A stretch of 64,000 nt of DNA from Bacteroidaceae bacterium (GTDB taxonomy: Bacteria > Bacteroidota > Bacteroidia > Bacteroidales > Muribaculaceae). The position numbers and the translations under genes were made by a program. Shown piece by piece: positions 61,708-64,000 of the stretch. Positions within the stretch are counted from its first letter, which is position 1. Each line of letters starts with the position of its first letter. The notes under the pieces are model-generated. The model did not search any database, was not told the DNA's origin, and saw only the letters and a program-made list of their open reading frames with translations. The stretch is from positions 3,416-67,415 of the forward strand of contig JAETNO010000018.1 of assembly GCA_021768245.1 (NCBI GenBank), in the 5' to 3' direction.

Positions 61708-62250
61708 ATGTTGAAAGGATTCAAAAAGACCTGCGACAACGGTAAAACGACCGCAGGCATTGTAAAAGTCTTGATCGCGAAGAAAGGTACGATCACGGCG
61801 GCAACGATGGACACAGCCGACCCCGAAGCTTATAAGTCCTTGACCATGAAAGCCGGAGAGGGCTTCGTGAAGTACGAATTCATGGAGGACGAGTGCGAGT
61901 TTCAGGAGAACTACAAGACCGAGAACGGCATCACGTCCGTGGAGCAGAAGCTGATTTTCAAGCTCCCCGGCATGACTCCCGAAACGCGGAACGCCGTCGA
62001 GGAAATCGCCGTAGCGTCTGCATGCGGCCTTGAAGCGGCTGTTTGCCGTAAGGGCAAGGTGCAGATCGTCGGCTACGACGAAGAGTTCAAAAGCGAACGC
62101 CCGTTGCGCCTGAACGCCACCACGGGCACGACGGGCAAGAAGCTGACCGACGCTGCGGGCGAGGAGATCACGCTGAGCCGCGAAACGACCGAAAAGGCAC
62201 GCTACTATGTCGGCGAAGAGTCGGCGCTGACTCCAACTCCTGCGGAGTAG
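61708..62250 (+). CDS. Probable major tail tube protein
   Basis: 180 aa beta-rich; TGTTGKKLTD; followed by a terminator. Confidence 0.55.
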   Translation: MLKGFKKTCDNGKTTAGIVKVLIAKKGTITAATMDTADPEAYKSLTMKAGEGFVKYEFMEDECEFQENYKTENGITSVEQKLIFKLPGMTPETRNAVEEIAVASACGLEAAVCRKGKVQIVGYDEEFKSERPLRLNATTGTTGKKLTDAAGEEITLSRETTEKARYYVGEESALTPTPAE

Positions 62251-62257
62251 TTGAATC

Positions 62258-62290
62258 GAAAGGGGGTGTAAGCCTTTGCACCCCCTTTTC
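62258..62290 (+). terminator. Terminator after the capsid/tail tube genes
   Basis: AAGGGGGTGTAA/TTGCACCCCCTT followed by T-rich tail. Confidence 0.7.
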
Positions 62291-62305
62291 TTAAAAAATG
62301 AAATA

Positions 62306-62512
62306 ATGGCAAAGTATCGAGTAAAGCAGAATTATGAGGACGTGGTTGTGTGTACGGCAGCGCCGATTTCCCGCAAGGGAGACGGGCGCTTCGAGCTGTC
62401 GAAGTGTACACAGCGTGATCTCAAGTATCTGTACGAAGTTATCAAACATCCGGCAGTAGAACAGGCAGACGATGAGCAAGAGAAATCGACAGAATCGCCC
62501 CGCGAAAATTAA
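62306..62512 (+). CDS. Small hypothetical phage protein
   Basis: MAKYRVK..TQRDLKYLYE; overlaps portal start. Confidence 0.55.
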   Translation: MAKYRVKQNYEDVVVCTAAPISRKGDGRFELSKCTQRDLKYLYEVIKHPAVEQADDEQEKSTESPREN

Positions 62513-63704
62513 TGCGGTAGGCGTGCGCGACGTTGCGCCAACACCAAACGTATTCGTGCCTCTCCGTGGACGGGAGAAAGGCAGCAATATATATTGGCGT
62601 TGGGGTAACGACAATCTTTTCCCGTATGCACTGGCCGCTATGTCACGTTGTTCTGTGGCTCACCGCCGCATCATCAACGACAAAGCGGACTATATTTCGG
62701 GCAAAGGCTTCTCTGTGGCCGAGTCTAAACCGGAATTGCAGGCCTTCATTGACGCCGCCAATGGCGCAGGAGAAAATCTGCGTCAGGTACTCAATAAACT
62801 TGCTTTTGATAAATCGCTGTTCGGGAATGCGTTCCTTGAGGTTGTAACCGACTCGAAACATTCGTTTCTTTCGCTGTTTCATCAGGACGCCAGCAAATGC
62901 CGGGTGGCAAGTGATAGCGAACACATTCTGTTGCATCACGACTGGTCGGCATTTACGCAGAACGAAGCAAGGACACTCCCGCTTTATCCTGCATTTGAGC
63001 AGCAGGAGGACGGAACCCGGCGCGCCATAATCCACTATAAGGACTACGAACCGATGTTTGAGCATTACGGCGTACCGCAGTATATCGCAGGGATGAATGT
63101 TTCCGCAATTGCATACAAAACCGACAAGTGGAATATCTCGCGTCTCGACAATTCCTATCAGTTGTCGGGTGTGATGATCCTTACCGGGGATGTCGATAGC
63201 GAAGAGGAGGCGCTGGAAATAGTGCGTAAGGCAGAGCAGAAATTCGCCGGCAAGCCGGGACAGGTGATGTTTATGATAAAGGAGGCATCGGACGGGACGG
63301 AGGGAAGCAAGTTTATACCGATCTCCTCACAGAATGAGGGCGATTGGAAAGACCTGCACGATCAGGCAATTTCCGATATCGTAGTGGCTCATTCATGGTT
63401 CCGGTCTTTGAGTGGTTTAGATTATTCCAACGGTTTCAGCGCCGATCGCATCCTGCATGAATACGAGATCGCGCTGAACACCGTGATTCTCCCGGAGCAG
63501 GCCGAGCTTATGGAGCCGATTTACCGCATAATCGAAGAAATTGCAGGCTTTGACGCTTCGGCCTTACAGATTATCAACCGCCCGCCGATAAGCCAGCGAC
63601 AGCCTTACATGTACGTGTGGGAGGCGCGCAAGGCCGACGGGCTGGATTACGATCCCAACGATGAACGTCAGCAGGCTTTTATCGCAAATGTGAGAAATGT
63701 ATGA
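62472..63704 (+). CDS. Portal protein
   Basis: WGNDNLFP, LFGNAFLEV, YGVPQY, IVVAH; 410 aa. Confidence 0.8.
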   Translation: MSKRNRQNRPAKINAVGVRDVAPTPNVFVPLRGREKGSNIYWRWGNDNLFPYALAAMSRCSVAHRRIINDKADYISGKGFSVAESKPELQAFIDAANGAGENLRQVLNKLAFDKSLFGNAFLEVVTDSKHSFLSLFHQDASKCRVASDSEHILLHHDWSAFTQNEARTLPLYPAFEQQEDGTRRAIIHYKDYEPMFEHYGVPQYIAGMNVSAIAYKTDKWNISRLDNSYQLSGVMILTGDVDSEEEALEIVRKAEQKFAGKPGQVMFMIKEASDGTEGSKFIPISSQNEGDWKDLHDQAISDIVVAHSWFRSLSGLDYSNGFSADRILHEYEIALNTVILPEQAELMEPIYRIIEEIAGFDASALQIINRPPISQRQPYMYVWEARKADGLDYDPNDERQQAFIANVRNV

Positions 63705-64000
63705 TGCAGTTGTTAGCCACACCCCAGCAGGTCATTGATTTGGCATTCGCGGCCAATGAGAAGATAACGCCCGTATCGATCAAAGAAACCAAGATCGATG
63801 CTGCGCAGGAAAAGTATATCCGTCCGGTTCTCGGCAAGTTGTACGATGCCCTGCTTGACGGGAAATACCCCGAATTGCTGGACAATTATGTCCGGCCTGC
63901 GCTGGCTTATTATGTCCGGTATTCAGTTATTCCGGACTTGGCTCTGAAACTGAATGACAAAGGGGCGCAGACCTACTTTTCAGAATATGCGAATACCGCG
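63701..64000 (+). CDS. Probable head-tail adaptor (partial, runs off window)
   Basis: Open frame MMQLLATP...AQEKYIRPVLG.LYD; ATGA overlap with portal. Confidence 0.6.
   Translation, partial: MMQLLATPQQVIDLAFAANEKITPVSIKETKIDAAQEKYIRPVLGKLYDALLDGKYPELLDNYVRPALAYYVRYSVIPDLALKLNDKGAQTYFSEYANTA

Larger units (their letters stand above)
30828..64000. mobile_element. Temperate siphovirus-like prophage, continuing past the window end
   Basis: tRNA-fragment att, CI/Cro, replication, terminase, tape measure, capsid, portal; lower GC than host genes. Confidence 0.93.

Overview
Bacteroidota DNA, judged from the TTTG-N19-21-TAnnTTTG promoters; the GC-rich core suggests Alistipes/Rikenellaceae (inference). 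There are three blocks. (1) 1-12.9 kb is a lower-GC mobile island carrying a cobalamin-riboswitch-controlled B12 uptake locus (three surface lipoproteins, frameshifted btuG, btuB, btuF) and two decayed tyrosine integrases. One integrase is cut at its catalytic HxxRH motif, apparently by a second element. (2) 12.9-30.8 kb is GC-rich host backbone: transporter, aspartyl protease, YqeY, amidase-like protein, Na+/solute symporter, cupin, a complete his operon with a His-rich leader attenuator and a ~100-aa insertion in HisB, and a lipoprotein with a C9 tract. (3) From 30.83 kb to the window end is a siphovirus-like prophage inserted in tRNA-Met(CAT), with immunity, recombination, replication, small-ORF, late-regulator, packaging and virion modules. 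Best leads: a 127-nt tRNA look-alike with a G3-U70 acceptor and an overlong anticodon arm; a late cassette of variant tRNA-fMet, ParB-like protein and radical SAM enzyme (candidate DNA modification); a twice-repeated 37-nt late-control motif; and an unannotated 31-aa antisense membrane peptide with its own promoter beside the tape-measure gene. Family assignments come from motif recognition, not database searches.
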